Below are positions 10,012 through 19,670 of a stretch of 64,000 nucleotides of DNA, one piece after another (the stretch's first letter is position 1; each line of letters opens with the position of its first letter). The stretch spans positions 32,001 through 96,000 of the forward strand of contig JBCBJQ010000005.1 of assembly GCA_038523235.1 (NCBI GenBank), written 5' to 3'. The stretch is from Cyanobacteria bacterium J06626_4. GTDB taxonomy: Bacteria; Cyanobacteriota; Cyanobacteriia; Phormidesmidales; Phormidesmidaceae. The notes under the pieces were generated by a model that worked only from the letters and a program-made list of their open reading frames with translations, was not told the DNA's origin and did no database searches. A program made the translations under genes and the position numbers.

Positions 10012-12555
10012 TCAAACACCAACGACTAGGCACCATAGTCCGACCGTCAAACCAAAAATGGCCAAATGCTGAGGCAGCATGAGCCGCAGGGGGTAGCGAG
10101 CAATTTTTTGCGTCAGGATGATCGACAGCAGCGCCCCGACGAGTAGCGCCGTCCCCTGCAAAAAAGCAATGACTGCTGGGTGCGCTACCATCACCGGCAG
10201 GCTCACGCCCGATAACCCAATCGTCGCTGCGCCCACGGGCAATACTCGACCCGCTTCGGTCAAAAACAACCGCAGATAGTGAGCCAGGGTGCCAGTCAAC
10301 ACTAATGGCAAGTAACCATAGGCCAGTTCGACAAAGGGCCGCGGCGATCGCGTCGCGGCCAGCCGGTAAATCAGATGGAGCAAGGCTTGCGCCGCGCCGG
10401 GAATCAGGGCGGGCAGGCTCAAAAGGGCGATCGCCACGCCGCCGTGCACCCAAAAGTTCGCCAAATCAAGCGGCCAGTCAAGCGCGGTCAGCAGTTCCGG
10501 CAGGCGATGCAAAAACACCGCATCGAGCAGCAACAACAGCAACGCCACCTCATAGGCGCGGGGGGTATGGGTCGTCCACAGCTCAATCCCCGGTGGCCGT
10601 AGGTTGAACTCAACCGAGCGATGGGGACAAGCTTTGAGGCAGGTCATGCAGAGCACGCAGTCGCGATTTTCTTCCAGCTGCGCGGGATGGGAATAAATCG
10701 GGCAGCCGCCAGTTTCTTGCCCTTCGCCTTTGGCTGGCCCCCCTTTGTAGCACTGGTAGGTGGTGCATTCAGCCGAACAGGTGCCCTGCTGCGCCCGCAG
10801 CTCCGTCATCGACAGCTTGGCATACAGGCCATTCATGCCGCCGATGGGGCACAGATAGCGACACCAAAAGCGCCGCTCAAAAATTTGAGAAAAGACGATC
10901 GCCCCGGCGGTAATTAACAACAGCAGACAAGACGATAAATACGCCGTGTTTTCCAAATTCCACAGCTCTTCCCACAGCAGAATGAGGGCAAATAGGCCAA
11001 ACAAAAACCAGCCCCCCCAGCGATCAGCTTCTTCACGGGGCCAGCGTTTGAGCGATCGCGGCCAGAGTTTGAGCGACAGGGTTTGCAGCGCTTCGCCGTA
11101 AATCATAAACGGACACACCGCACACCAAGCACGTCCCAAGAACGGGAACACCAGCAGAATCAGCGGCCACCACCAAGCCCAAAACAAATTGAGTGCCACG
11201 TTGTGATCGCGCGTTTGCGGCCCCAAAAACAGCATCGCGTTGAAGAGGGCAAAGACGGTGAGCGTCAGCCCATAGTTGATGCGATCAGGCCACCAAGCAC
11301 TGCGTAAAAAGCGCCGCAGATTAGGGTAAGCATTGAGCAAATTGGTGCGAAACTGTTTCTTTTTGCTCTGAGACGGCCAGAGAATCTCTTCGGTCAGCAG
11401 ACACCCGACGGCCACCTGCGAGAGCGCTCGCGACACCAGACTCTCTAGCTCTCGCAAATTGTTAGGAAAGTCATAGGCCTGCAGGCGACGAATCGCCTCA
11501 GGGGTCACGCCAATTCGCCGCTGGCCTTTTGCCCGGCTAATCAGGCTGATGTAGTACTTGACATAGTCTTCAATGTCGGCTTTGCGCACCCGCAGGGGAG
11601 GGACTTTAATCTGGCTATCCACCACTGCGCTCAGCGTCGGCACGGGTCGTTCCGCAATCAAGACAAAACGGGCAGCGCTGGAGCGCTCAGGGGCAGACTC
11701 GGTTGAATTGTGGGGAATAGGCCAATAGGTGCCTGTCTTGAGCAGAGTGGCGATCGCCCCCACCAGATTTGACGGCAATTCCCCCACATTGTTTAGCACC
11801 AGCGTGCCGCGATCGAGCGCTTCAAGCAGACTGGGCTTGCCCCCCGCGCGACCAAACAGTTCCGCACCACTGGTTTGCAGGCGCGCACAGTCAACCTGGA
11901 TGATCGGTTGTCGCCGATAGACTGACCCGTAATGAATGAGCGCTGCAATATTGTCTTTTTCGACCCCTGGCTCACCAAAAATCAGCACCGAGCCACAGCC
12001 ATCAGGGCAGTCCTTAAACGCCTCACGAATCTGCTGTCGCAGTCGGGTGGCATAGCGACTGCGACCAATCACCCCCCGCCGTGCTTTGGTCACCAGATAC
12101 GGCCGCAAAATATCCTGGCGCTCTTGCTCATAGGTCAACTGCGAGGTGACCTGACGCAGCTCTGCCGTCACCTGCTGCGAAAACACCTGAATCACGTCGG
12201 GATGCGCCGCTTTGAAGACCTGAAACTGCTCCGCCGAGAGATACCACACCTCAGAGTCACAGAGAGATAGAACCGTCTTTTCGACGGGCTCATCTAGCAG
12301 CAGCGATCGCAAGTTGAGCACTGAACCCGGCAGAAAACTTCTGGCCAGGCTAGCCCCAGGCTTATGCTCCAGTCGCCCTGACACCAAAATGTACAACCCT
12401 GCTGGTGCCGTCTCAGCCATCACCACTACCTGCTCGGGGGGCACGTGACGGGTCTCTAGCTGTTCACTCAGGGCCGTTAGCGTCGTGTGACTCAAGCCGC
12501 TGAGAGCCGATCGCTCCTGCAGCCAGGTTACTCGCGCTTCCACAGTGGTCATCAT
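10012..12555 (-). CDS. cNMP-binding + sigma54-activator-like AAA + membrane 4Fe-4S (NapH/MauN-like) fusion protein
   Basis: N-terminal cNMP fold (GLYILVSGRL); AAA motifs SVLIFGEPGVEKD, VPPLRVRKADI and YDFPNNLRELE; membrane region with WCAVCP, WCRYLCPIG and CVLCMTCLKACP. Confidence 0.85.
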   Translation of the reverse strand: MMTTVEARVTWLQERSALSGLSHTTLTALSEQLETRHVPPEQVVVMAETAPAGLYILVSGRLEHKPGASLARSFLPGSVLNLRSLLLDEPVEKTVLSLCDSEVWYLSAEQFQVFKAAHPDVIQVFSQQVTAELRQVTSQLTYEQERQDILRPYLVTKARRGVIGRSRYATRLRQQIREAFKDCPDGCGSVLIFGEPGVEKDNIAALIHYGSVYRRQPIIQVDCARLQTSGAELFGRAGGKPSLLEALDRGTLVLNNVGELPSNLVGAIATLLKTGTYWPIPHNSTESAPERSSAARFVLIAERPVPTLSAVVDSQIKVPPLRVRKADIEDYVKYYISLISRAKGQRRIGVTPEAIRRLQAYDFPNNLRELESLVSRALSQVAVGCLLTEEILWPSQSKKKQFRTNLLNAYPNLRRFLRSAWWPDRINYGLTLTVFALFNAMLFLGPQTRDHNVALNLFWAWWWPLILLVFPFLGRAWCAVCPFMIYGEALQTLSLKLWPRSLKRWPREEADRWGGWFLFGLFALILLWEELWNLENTAYLSSCLLLLITAGAIVFSQIFERRFWCRYLCPIGGMNGLYAKLSMTELRAQQGTCSAECTTYQCYKGGPAKGEGQETGGCPIYSHPAQLEENRDCVLCMTCLKACPHRSVEFNLRPPGIELWTTHTPRAYEVALLLLLLDAVFLHRLPELLTALDWPLDLANFWVHGGVAIALLSLPALIPGAAQALLHLIYRLAATRSPRPFVELAYGYLPLVLTGTLAHYLRLFLTEAGRVLPVGAATIGLSGVSLPVMVAHPAVIAFLQGTALLVGALLSIILTQKIARYPLRLMLPQHLAIFGLTVGLWCLVVGV

Positions 12556-13100
12556 GATGAGTCTGCCCTCTTTGCCGTAATCTGAGGTCGTCAGACTTTT
12601 GGCGTGTCCCCATGATAAATCTCTTCGATCTGTGGGTTCCTTGTGCGTTACTTGCGTTAATCCTCGGGGCTGCCATCTACTTTGCAAGACTGTAGATCAA
12701 CTCAAAATCTGGCAGCTGACGCTCTGCCGCTGTCAGGATTTAGGGCACCTGTAATGGGATGAGCGGGCAGGGGTCTGAAGGGCGATCGCAGCTGCTCCTG
12801 GCCAGCGTCACTGCTTTTCCACGGACGGGGAGCACATCAGCTTTTGTTGGCAAGACACCCTATAGGGTTTTCTCTATGCATTACTAAGATACTGCCGTTT
12901 TCTGACCGGGGATGAAGGGTTGACGGCTTGAAGACAAAAGGTTTCAGAACTTGGGTTGAACTTTTGCCAAAACCCTAAACAGTCAATATTCTTTAGGTTC
13001 ACAACAACAATATTTTGTGTTGCGGGCTATTGACTTTGGCGTAGTACCATGGACTTTAAGATTGACAGTATCATAAGCTAGATGCAAGGAAACTATAGCT

Positions 13101-13796
13101 ATGCAACAGTTGGATATCTCTCCTACCTTTGATTATCAGTCTGAGAACTATAAAGACGCCTACAGTCGAGTCAACGCGATTGTGATCGAAGGTGAGCAAG
13201 AGGCTTTCGATAACTACTGCAAATTAGCGGAGTTGCTCCCTGATGCCAAAGATGACCTGCTGCGGTTAGCTAAGATGGAAAAACGCCACATGAAGGGTTT
13301 CCAAGCCTGTGGCAAAAATTTGGCGGTCACCGCCGACATGGCCTTTGCTGAAGTATTCTTCAAGCAACTCCATCAGAATTTTCAAACTGCCTGGGCCGAA
13401 GGCAAAATTGTGACTTGCCTGTTGATTCAGTCTTTGATTATTGAAACCTTCGCGATTTCTGCCTATAACATCTACATCCCTGTGGCGGATGACTTTGCTC
13501 GCAAGATCACCGAGGGCGTGGTCAAAGATGAGTACATGCATCTCAACTTTGGCGAAGAGTGGTTGAAAGCTAACTTTGAGGCGTCAAAGGCCGAACTCGA
13601 AGCCGCTAATCGCGAAAATCTGCCGATCGTCTGGGCCATGCTCAACGAAGTCGCTGATGACGCTAATGTGCTCGGTATGGAAAAGGAAGCCCTGATCGAA
13701 GACTTCATGATTACCTACGGTGAAGCCCTTGGTAACATCGGGTTTTCTAGCCGCGAAGTGATGAAGCTCTCCGCTCAAGGCTTAGCAACTGCATAG
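13101..13796 (+). CDS. ado: aldehyde-deformylating oxygenase (alkane synthesis)
   Basis: [35 protein letters not shown] and [11 protein letters not shown] di-iron motifs; 231 aa. Confidence 0.98.
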   Translation: MQQLDISPTFDYQSENYKDAYSRVNAIVIEGEQEAFDNYCKLAELLPDAKDDLLRLAKMEKRHMKGFQACGKNLAVTADMAFAEVFFKQLHQNFQTAWAEGKIVTCLLIQSLIIETFAISAYNIYIPVADDFARKITEGVVKDEYMHLNFGEEWLKANFEASKAELEAANRENLPIVWAMLNEVADDANVLGMEKEALIEDFMITYGEALGNIGFSSREVMKLSAQGLATA

Positions 13797-13835
13797 GTTG
13801 CGGGTTGACAGTTAGCTTATCTGCATCAATGAAGA

Positions 13836-13881
13836 AAAGGCATGGCTCTGGTGGCAAAACTTGCACCAGGTCATGCCTTTT
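13836..13881 (+). terminator. imperfect stem-loop plus T tract after ado
   Basis: gcatg..ctggtggcaa-aac-ttgcaccag..catgc followed by ctttt. Confidence 0.55.
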
Positions 13882-13947
13882 CTGTAGGGCTTGACGCCCT
13901 CTGTCCCGGCAATGAATAGCCTTCATCGCACCGGGTAAACGCGACAA

Positions 13948-13988
13948 GCCTCTGCCTCAGAGGGCTCAGAGGGCTCAGAGGCAGAGGC
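13948..13988. repeat. inverted repeat enclosing a 9-bp tandem repeat
   Basis: gcctctgcctc ... gaggcagaggc (11-bp IR) around ctcagaggg-ctcagaggg-ctcagaggc. Confidence 0.7.
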
Positions 13989-14222
13989 GATCACCTGACT
14001 CAGACATGAATGTAGACACGATCACGGCTTGATCTGAAAGGCCGACGTCGCTTTAAAGCGTCAGACGGGCAGCTTAGCTTGTAGAATCCTTGATATTCCG
14101 TCTTGCGCCTAAAACCTCTTACAGTAACTTTGATGATTTAGGTGTAGCTTGAGATATCTTGCGAAAGCTAAACGCTTTTGCAGGTTTTGCATTCCCTTTT
14201 GAGGTGACAACGCAGGATCACG

Positions 14223-15275
14223 ATGTTTGGCCTAATTGGACATTTAACAAGTATCGACCACGCACAATCCGTAGCCCGAGATTTGGGATATCCCGAATAT
14301 GCCGATCAGGGTCTGGATTTTTGGTGTAGTGCCCCACCACAAATTGTGGACACGATTAAGGTAACGAGCGCGACTGGACAAACCATCGAAGGGTTTTATG
14401 TCGAGTCTTGCTTTTTGCCTGAGATGTTGGCGGCTCGCCGCATCAAAACAGCGGCTCGCAAAGTGATCAACGCGATGGCCCACGCCCAAAAGAACGGCAT
14501 TGATATTACCGCGCTAGGCGGGTTCTCATCGATCATTTTTGAGAATTTCAATCTGCATCAGATGAAGCAGGTACGCAACGTTTCCCTCGAGTTTGAACGG
14601 TTCACCACTGGCAATACCCACACGGCTTACATTATTTGTCGACAAATCGAGGCAGCATCGCAAAAGCTCGGCATCAATTTATCCGAGGCCAAAGTTGCGG
14701 TCTGTGGCGCGACCGGTGATATCGGCAGCGCCGTTTGTCGGTGGTTGGACGCCCGCACCGATGCCAAAGAGTTGCTGCTAATTGCCCGTAACCAAGAACG
14801 GCTGCAAAATCTGCAGCAAGAGCTAGGGCGCGGCACCATTTCAACGGATATTGAATCGGCTCTAGCCCAGGCCGATGTTGTGGTCTGGGTAGCGAGCATG
14901 GCTAAAGGCATCGAAATCGATCCGCAGATTCTCAAGCGTCCTTGCCTGATGATTGACGGTGGCTATCCCAAAAATTTAGATAGCCACTTCAACGCTGAGG
15001 GCATTCACGTCTTAAAGGGCGGCATCGTTGAGCACTCTCTAGACATTGACTGGCGCATCATGAGCATCGTCAATATGGATGTGCCTGCTCGCCAACTGTT
15101 TGCCTGCTTTGCCGAGTCCATGCTGCTCGAATTTGAGAAATGGTATACCAACTTTTCTTGGGGACGCAATCAGATCACTCTGGAGAAGATGGATCTGATT
15201 GGTCAAGCCTCAGTCAGGCATGGCTTTACGCCTTTGCTTAACCTCAACGCTACGCCGCTGACCTCTGAAGCTTAA
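14223..15275 (+). CDS. aar: long-chain acyl-ACP reductase (alkane synthesis)
   Basis: [44 protein letters not shown] and [13 protein letters not shown]...NFSWGRN. Confidence 0.98.
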   Translation: MFGLIGHLTSIDHAQSVARDLGYPEYADQGLDFWCSAPPQIVDTIKVTSATGQTIEGFYVESCFLPEMLAARRIKTAARKVINAMAHAQKNGIDITALGGFSSIIFENFNLHQMKQVRNVSLEFERFTTGNTHTAYIICRQIEAASQKLGINLSEAKVAVCGATGDIGSAVCRWLDARTDAKELLLIARNQERLQNLQQELGRGTISTDIESALAQADVVVWVASMAKGIEIDPQILKRPCLMIDGGYPKNLDSHFNAEGIHVLKGGIVEHSLDIDWRIMSIVNMDVPARQLFACFAESMLLEFEKWYTNFSWGRNQITLEKMDLIGQASVRHGFTPLLNLNATPLTSEA

Positions 15276-15293
15276 TCAACTGGTCGAACGCGA

Positions 15294-15333
15294 TGAGTTT
15301 GCAGTAATCGTGATTACTGCAAACTCAATTTTT
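15294..15333 (+). terminator. Rho-independent terminator after aar
   Basis: 16-bp perfect IR tgagtttgcagtaatc-gt-gattactgcaaactca followed by attttt. Confidence 0.8.
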
Positions 15334-15634
15334 ATCGTCTGCGCGCGCGCTGCTGGCAGGTGGCCAGATGAGTGCTCTATAGCTACTTTGGTCAATCTGA
15401 GCGGCGTTGAGCGATTGGGGTTGTGTCCCTTGATGGCGAGTTTATGCTGCCGCCTGAGCGAGCCTGTGGTTTCGGGGCGATCGCCAGAGCATCCCCGCTC
15501 GCGAGGGGAATCATCGCGGAAAGGAAATCAAGAACCGTTATGCTTACTAAATAGAGAAGTGGGTGCCTGCCGACTGTTGCCGTTGAGCACTTGTAGGGAG
15601 CCCACTTCATCTTTGCACCGCTGTAGCTGAAATT

Positions 15635-16633
15635 ATGCCGACGACTCAACGCAAAACGATCCTCCTAGACTTTGAAAAACCCCTAGTGGAACTAGAGGAT
15701 CGAATTAGTCAAATTAGGGATCTCGCTGAAGACAATGATGTTGATGTCTCAACCCAACTGCGGCAGTTACAAACCCGAGCTGATCAGCTGCGTCAGGAGA
15801 TCTTTGCCAGCTTGACTCCTGCTCAACGGTTACAGGTGGCGCGTCATCCTCGGCGGCCGAGCACCCTCGATTACATTCAAGCCGTGAGCGACGAGTGGAT
15901 TGAGCTGCATGGCGATCGCGGTTCGGGCAAAGATGACCCCGCCCTAGTCGGTGGCATCGCCCGGTTTGAAGGGCGTCCCGTCGTGATGCTGGGGCATCAA
16001 AAGGGCCGCGACACCAAAGACAATGTGGCCCGCAATTTTGGCATGGCCTCCCCAGGGGGCTATCGCAAGGCCATGCGCCTGATGGCCCATGCCAACCATT
16101 TCAACATGCCGATTTTTGCTTTTATTGATACGCCTGGCGCCTTTCCTGGTTATGAAGCGGAAGAAATGGGACAGGGTGAAGCGATCGCCTATAACCTGCG
16201 AGAAATGTTTTCCCTCGACGTGCCAATTATTTGCACCGTCATTGGTGAAGGGGGCTCCGGTGGGGCGTTAGGGATTGGCGTGGGAGATCGCCTGATGATG
16301 TTTGAGCATGCCGTTTATACCGTCGCCAGCCCAGAAGCTTGTGCGGCCATCTTGTGGAAAGATGCGGGCCGCGCTGGCGAAGCCGCGGAGGCGCTCAAAA
16401 TCACGGCCACCGACCTCAAGAATTTAGGCATTTTAGACGTCCTTTTACCAGAGCCCCTCGGCGGTACCCATGCTGATCCGCTCAGGGCGACGCAAATTTT
16501 GAAGGATGCGCTGCGCGAAAATTTAGAGATGCTGCTGACGTTGGCCCCGTCTGAGCGACGTGACCGGCGCTATCGCAAATTCCGAGATATTGGAGTCTTT
16601 ACGGAAATGGCGCAAAATGGCCAGGTTTCCTAG
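15635..16633 (+). CDS. accA: acetyl-CoA carboxylase carboxyltransferase alpha subunit
   Basis: [38 protein letters not shown] and [12 protein letters not shown]. Confidence 0.98.
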   Translation: MPTTQRKTILLDFEKPLVELEDRISQIRDLAEDNDVDVSTQLRQLQTRADQLRQEIFASLTPAQRLQVARHPRRPSTLDYIQAVSDEWIELHGDRGSGKDDPALVGGIARFEGRPVVMLGHQKGRDTKDNVARNFGMASPGGYRKAMRLMAHANHFNMPIFAFIDTPGAFPGYEAEEMGQGEAIAYNLREMFSLDVPIICTVIGEGGSGGALGIGVGDRLMMFEHAVYTVASPEACAAILWKDAGRAGEAAEALKITATDLKNLGILDVLLPEPLGGTHADPLRATQILKDALRENLEMLLTLAPSERRDRRYRKFRDIGVFTEMAQNGQVS

Positions 16634-16706
16634 GCCCCGACAAAATTTCACCTCAAGGCAGGCTGTTATGATAGGAAAGGCAAAAATGAGACGCCGCCAA
16701 AAGAGC

Positions 16707-16724
16707 TTTACATTTGTTAACATT
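16707..16724 (+). promoter_or_regulatory. HLR1-like direct repeat (putative RpaB-binding site)
   Basis: TTTACATT-TG-TTAACATT, close to the (G/T)TTACA(T/A)(T/A)-N2 repeat consensus. Confidence 0.65.
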
Positions 16725-16729
16725 GGTCG

Positions 16730-16875
16730 TGTGAACAATATTTGAGGCCTTTGCACGGAACGGTGGCAGCAATTAGGCGTACTACGGGAGTGGTCATACT
16801 TGCTGACTCAGGGCTCGCAACCAGGCGGCGGCGCTATCGGTTAACGGCAGTGAAGCGCTCAGTCAGGTTGTTTTT
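16730..16875 (+). ncRNA. putative small RNA, PsrR1/SyR1-like
   Basis: lies between accA and the SDR gene, directly after the HLR1-like site; ctgact (16803-16808) and agtcag (16861-16866) close a stem followed by gttgttttt; boundaries approximate. Confidence 0.55.
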
Positions 16876-16986
16876 AGCCTTTCTTCAGGCGTTCCTCAGA
16901 TTAATCTGACAGTCTCAGGAATAGCGAGCCTCTCGCTGACGCTACAGTTTTAATCAGCCAGCATTTTTTGGGAATTGGGTTTATTC

Positions 16987-17712
16987 ATGAATTCTGAAAC
17001 GCGACAGCGGGCGCTCATTACCGGTGCCAGTAGCGGAATTGGGCGCGAAACAGCGATCGCGTTTGCCAAGGCTGGCATGGATGTTGCCTTGGTCGCCCGC
17101 TCTCAAGACAAGCTCCAGGCCTTGGCTGCAGAGTTGGCAGAACTGGGGGTTAACGCGAAAACCTACGTGATTGACCTCAGTCAAATTGACGCATTGAAGG
17201 CGGCACTACAAAAATTGCTGGCTGATTTTGGGGCCGTCAGCATTTTGGTCAACAACGCGGGTATGGGCTACACCGGCTCACTGGCCGAGATGCCGCTAGC
17301 GGACTGGCAAACCCTTATGGATTTGAATTTGACGAGCGCTTTATTGACGATGCAGGCGGTGATTCCGGCCATGCGGACGCAGGGCCACGGCATTATTTTA
17401 AATGTGGCCTCCATCGCGGCTCATAACGCTTTCCCCACATGGGGAGCCTACAGTGCCAGCAAAGCTGGATTGGTGACCCTCTCCCGCATTCTGGGCGCTG
17501 AAGAAAACGAACATGGCATTCGCGTCATGACCGTGTCTCCTGGCGCGGTTAATACCCCGCTGTGGGATACCGAGACGGTACAGGCAGATTTTGAGCGATC
17601 GCACATGCTGACCCCAGCGATCGTGGCCCAAACCATCCTCCATGCTGTCCAACTTCCAGATTCCGCTGTCATCAACGAAATCACGCTGATGCCTAGTGGT
17701 GGTGCCCTCTGA
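16987..17712 (+). CDS. short-chain dehydrogenase/reductase
   Basis: ITGASSGIG, LVNNAG and YSASK motifs; typical position between accA and folE. Confidence 0.93.
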   Translation: MNSETRQRALITGASSGIGRETAIAFAKAGMDVALVARSQDKLQALAAELAELGVNAKTYVIDLSQIDALKAALQKLLADFGAVSILVNNAGMGYTGSLAEMPLADWQTLMDLNLTSALLTMQAVIPAMRTQGHGIILNVASIAAHNAFPTWGAYSASKAGLVTLSRILGAEENEHGIRVMTVSPGAVNTPLWDTETVQADFERSHMLTPAIVAQTILHAVQLPDSAVINEITLMPSGGAL

Positions 17713-17781
17713 TCGGTCGTTTTTCAGCGATCAAGGGGCGAGTTTTCCATTGCTACTGTGTAGAGTTACCACTGATTTAAT

Positions 17782-18504
17782 ATGACTACCGTTTCTTCCA
17801 ACGCCAACAATGGCGCAAATTTGTCGACCACACCGGATGATTCTGACCTGCGGCAATCGGGTGCTCCAGTAGTTCGTCCTGATCGCAACACCGCCCACGG
17901 CCAAAGCATCAACGCCAAGCCCGTGTCTGATGAAGACCAACTGGCCATGATGGACTCTGTGCGGACGATGTTGTTGTCGCTGGGTGAAGACCCTGATCGC
18001 GAAGGGCTGCTCAAAACGCCCAAGCGCGTCGCGGAAGCGATGCGATTTTTGACCAGTGGTTATGGTCAGTCGCTGGATGAGTTGGTTAACAATGCCATTT
18101 TTGACGAAGGTCATAATGAGATGGTGTTGGTGCGAGACATCAATCTATTTAGCCTGTGTGAGCACCACATGCTGCCCTTCATGGGCCGCGCTCACGTGGC
18201 GTACATTCCCAAACAGCGGGTGGTCGGCCTGAGCAAGCTCGCTCGCATCGTTGAAATGTATTCCCGCCGTCTACAGGTCCAAGAGCGCTTGACCCGTCAG
18301 GTTGCAGAAGCAATTCAAACCGTATTGGATCCGCAAGGCGTCGCGATTGTGGTTGAGGCTAGCCACATGTGCATGTCGATGCGCGGGGTGCAAAAGCCGG
18401 GCTCTTGGACGGTCACCAGTGCCATGTTGGGCTGTTTTCAAGAAGATTCTAAAACCCGTGAAGAGTTTCTCAGCCTCGTGCGTCACCAGCCCTCACTGTT
18501 TTAG
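17782..18504 (+). CDS. folE: GTP cyclohydrolase I
   Basis: [37 protein letters not shown] and HMCMSMRGV. Confidence 0.97.
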   Translation: MTTVSSNANNGANLSTTPDDSDLRQSGAPVVRPDRNTAHGQSINAKPVSDEDQLAMMDSVRTMLLSLGEDPDREGLLKTPKRVAEAMRFLTSGYGQSLDELVNNAIFDEGHNEMVLVRDINLFSLCEHHMLPFMGRAHVAYIPKQRVVGLSKLARIVEMYSRRLQVQERLTRQVAEAIQTVLDPQGVAIVVEASHMCMSMRGVQKPGSWTVTSAMLGCFQEDSKTREEFLSLVRHQPSLF

Positions 18505-18599
18505 TTAAAGGTCGTGCCGACAGCAACATCGATCCGGCTAGGACGACTGAGAGCATAGCGGTTCAGCGCTATTGATTGACTTCCGAAGTTAAGGTCATT

Positions 18600-18647
18600 C
18601 AGCTAAAAGCGTCAATGGGGCGATCGCCCCATTGACGCTTTTAGCTG
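18600..18647. repeat. perfect 48-bp palindrome centred on HIP1 (possible terminator)
   Basis: cagctaaaagcgtcaatggggcga|tcgccccattgacgcttttagctg. Confidence 0.9.
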
Positions 18648-18918
18648 CGATATTGGCCAAGCGGTTCACTCTCTATCTGACGGCAGGTGATCGCCGCTAG
18701 CGACAATCACTTGCCGCCAAGAGCCATCGCAGTGACCCGATCCAAATAGCCGCCAGCAAAAAACTGAATCGGTGTCATACCTGAGAAATATATAAAGAGG
18801 TATTAACTTTTAGGCCGAATGATAAGTGTTTACACGGCATAATTAAATTTAGATTAGGTTTGATCGCCGCATCCTACTGCTACTCCTGAAGTATTCATTC
18901 GCACGTTAGTCTTCCTTC

Positions 18919-19488
18919 ATGCTTCGTCTTTCTTCTCAACAAACTGTAAATATGCAGATCGCTCAGCGTTCTGTTCCGTTACACCATTATTTGAAGCAGC
19001 CTCGGCGTTTAGTGCATGCCCTGATGAACCCAAGCCAGGTTGATCAGCTGAGCCGCGATACTTTTCGGTTTCGGCTACAAGGGTTTCAGTTTTTGATGCT
19101 AAATATTCGACCGGTCGTCGATCTGCAGATTGATGCCAGCCAAGACCATGTGCTGCGAGTGCGATCGGTCGGCTGCAAAATTCAGGGCAATGACTTTGTA
19201 GACAGACAATTTGCCCTCAAGTTAACCGGCATTCTCCAGCTAACGGAACGCCATGGCTTCACCCAATTGACAGGCGATGTCAAACTCGACATTGCCGTGG
19301 GGCTACCGCCGATGTTGCAATTGACGCCGTATGCCATTTTAGAAACGACGGGCAACCAAATTCTGAAAGGGGTGCTGATGACGATCAAGCAGCGGTTGAT
19401 GCGTCAGCTCGCCGCTGATTATGAGCGTTGGAGCAAGCAGCAGCCGATTCTCGTCACCTCAGATTTTGCCCTCGGCACCCAGAGCTAA
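18919..19488 (+). CDS. DUF1997 family protein
   Basis: HYLKQPRRLV, IRPVVDL and TGNQILKGVLMTIKQRLMRQL pattern. Confidence 0.8.
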   Translation: MLRLSSQQTVNMQIAQRSVPLHHYLKQPRRLVHALMNPSQVDQLSRDTFRFRLQGFQFLMLNIRPVVDLQIDASQDHVLRVRSVGCKIQGNDFVDRQFALKLTGILQLTERHGFTQLTGDVKLDIAVGLPPMLQLTPYAILETTGNQILKGVLMTIKQRLMRQLAADYERWSKQQPILVTSDFALGTQS

Positions 19489-19670
19489 TCGGGTACCAGA
19501 GTGGTGAGCGATCGCGGTGACTCACCTTAATCTTCTCTTGGTCATTTGCGATTGTTTTTTTAACCGGAAAACAATCCCGTTTTAGGGCGCAGAGACGGTG
19601 TCTTCTGCATAATGTTTGCTTAAATAAGCACAGCTACGGTGGTCTTGGTTGTTGGGGAGTGGTCGGGTTT

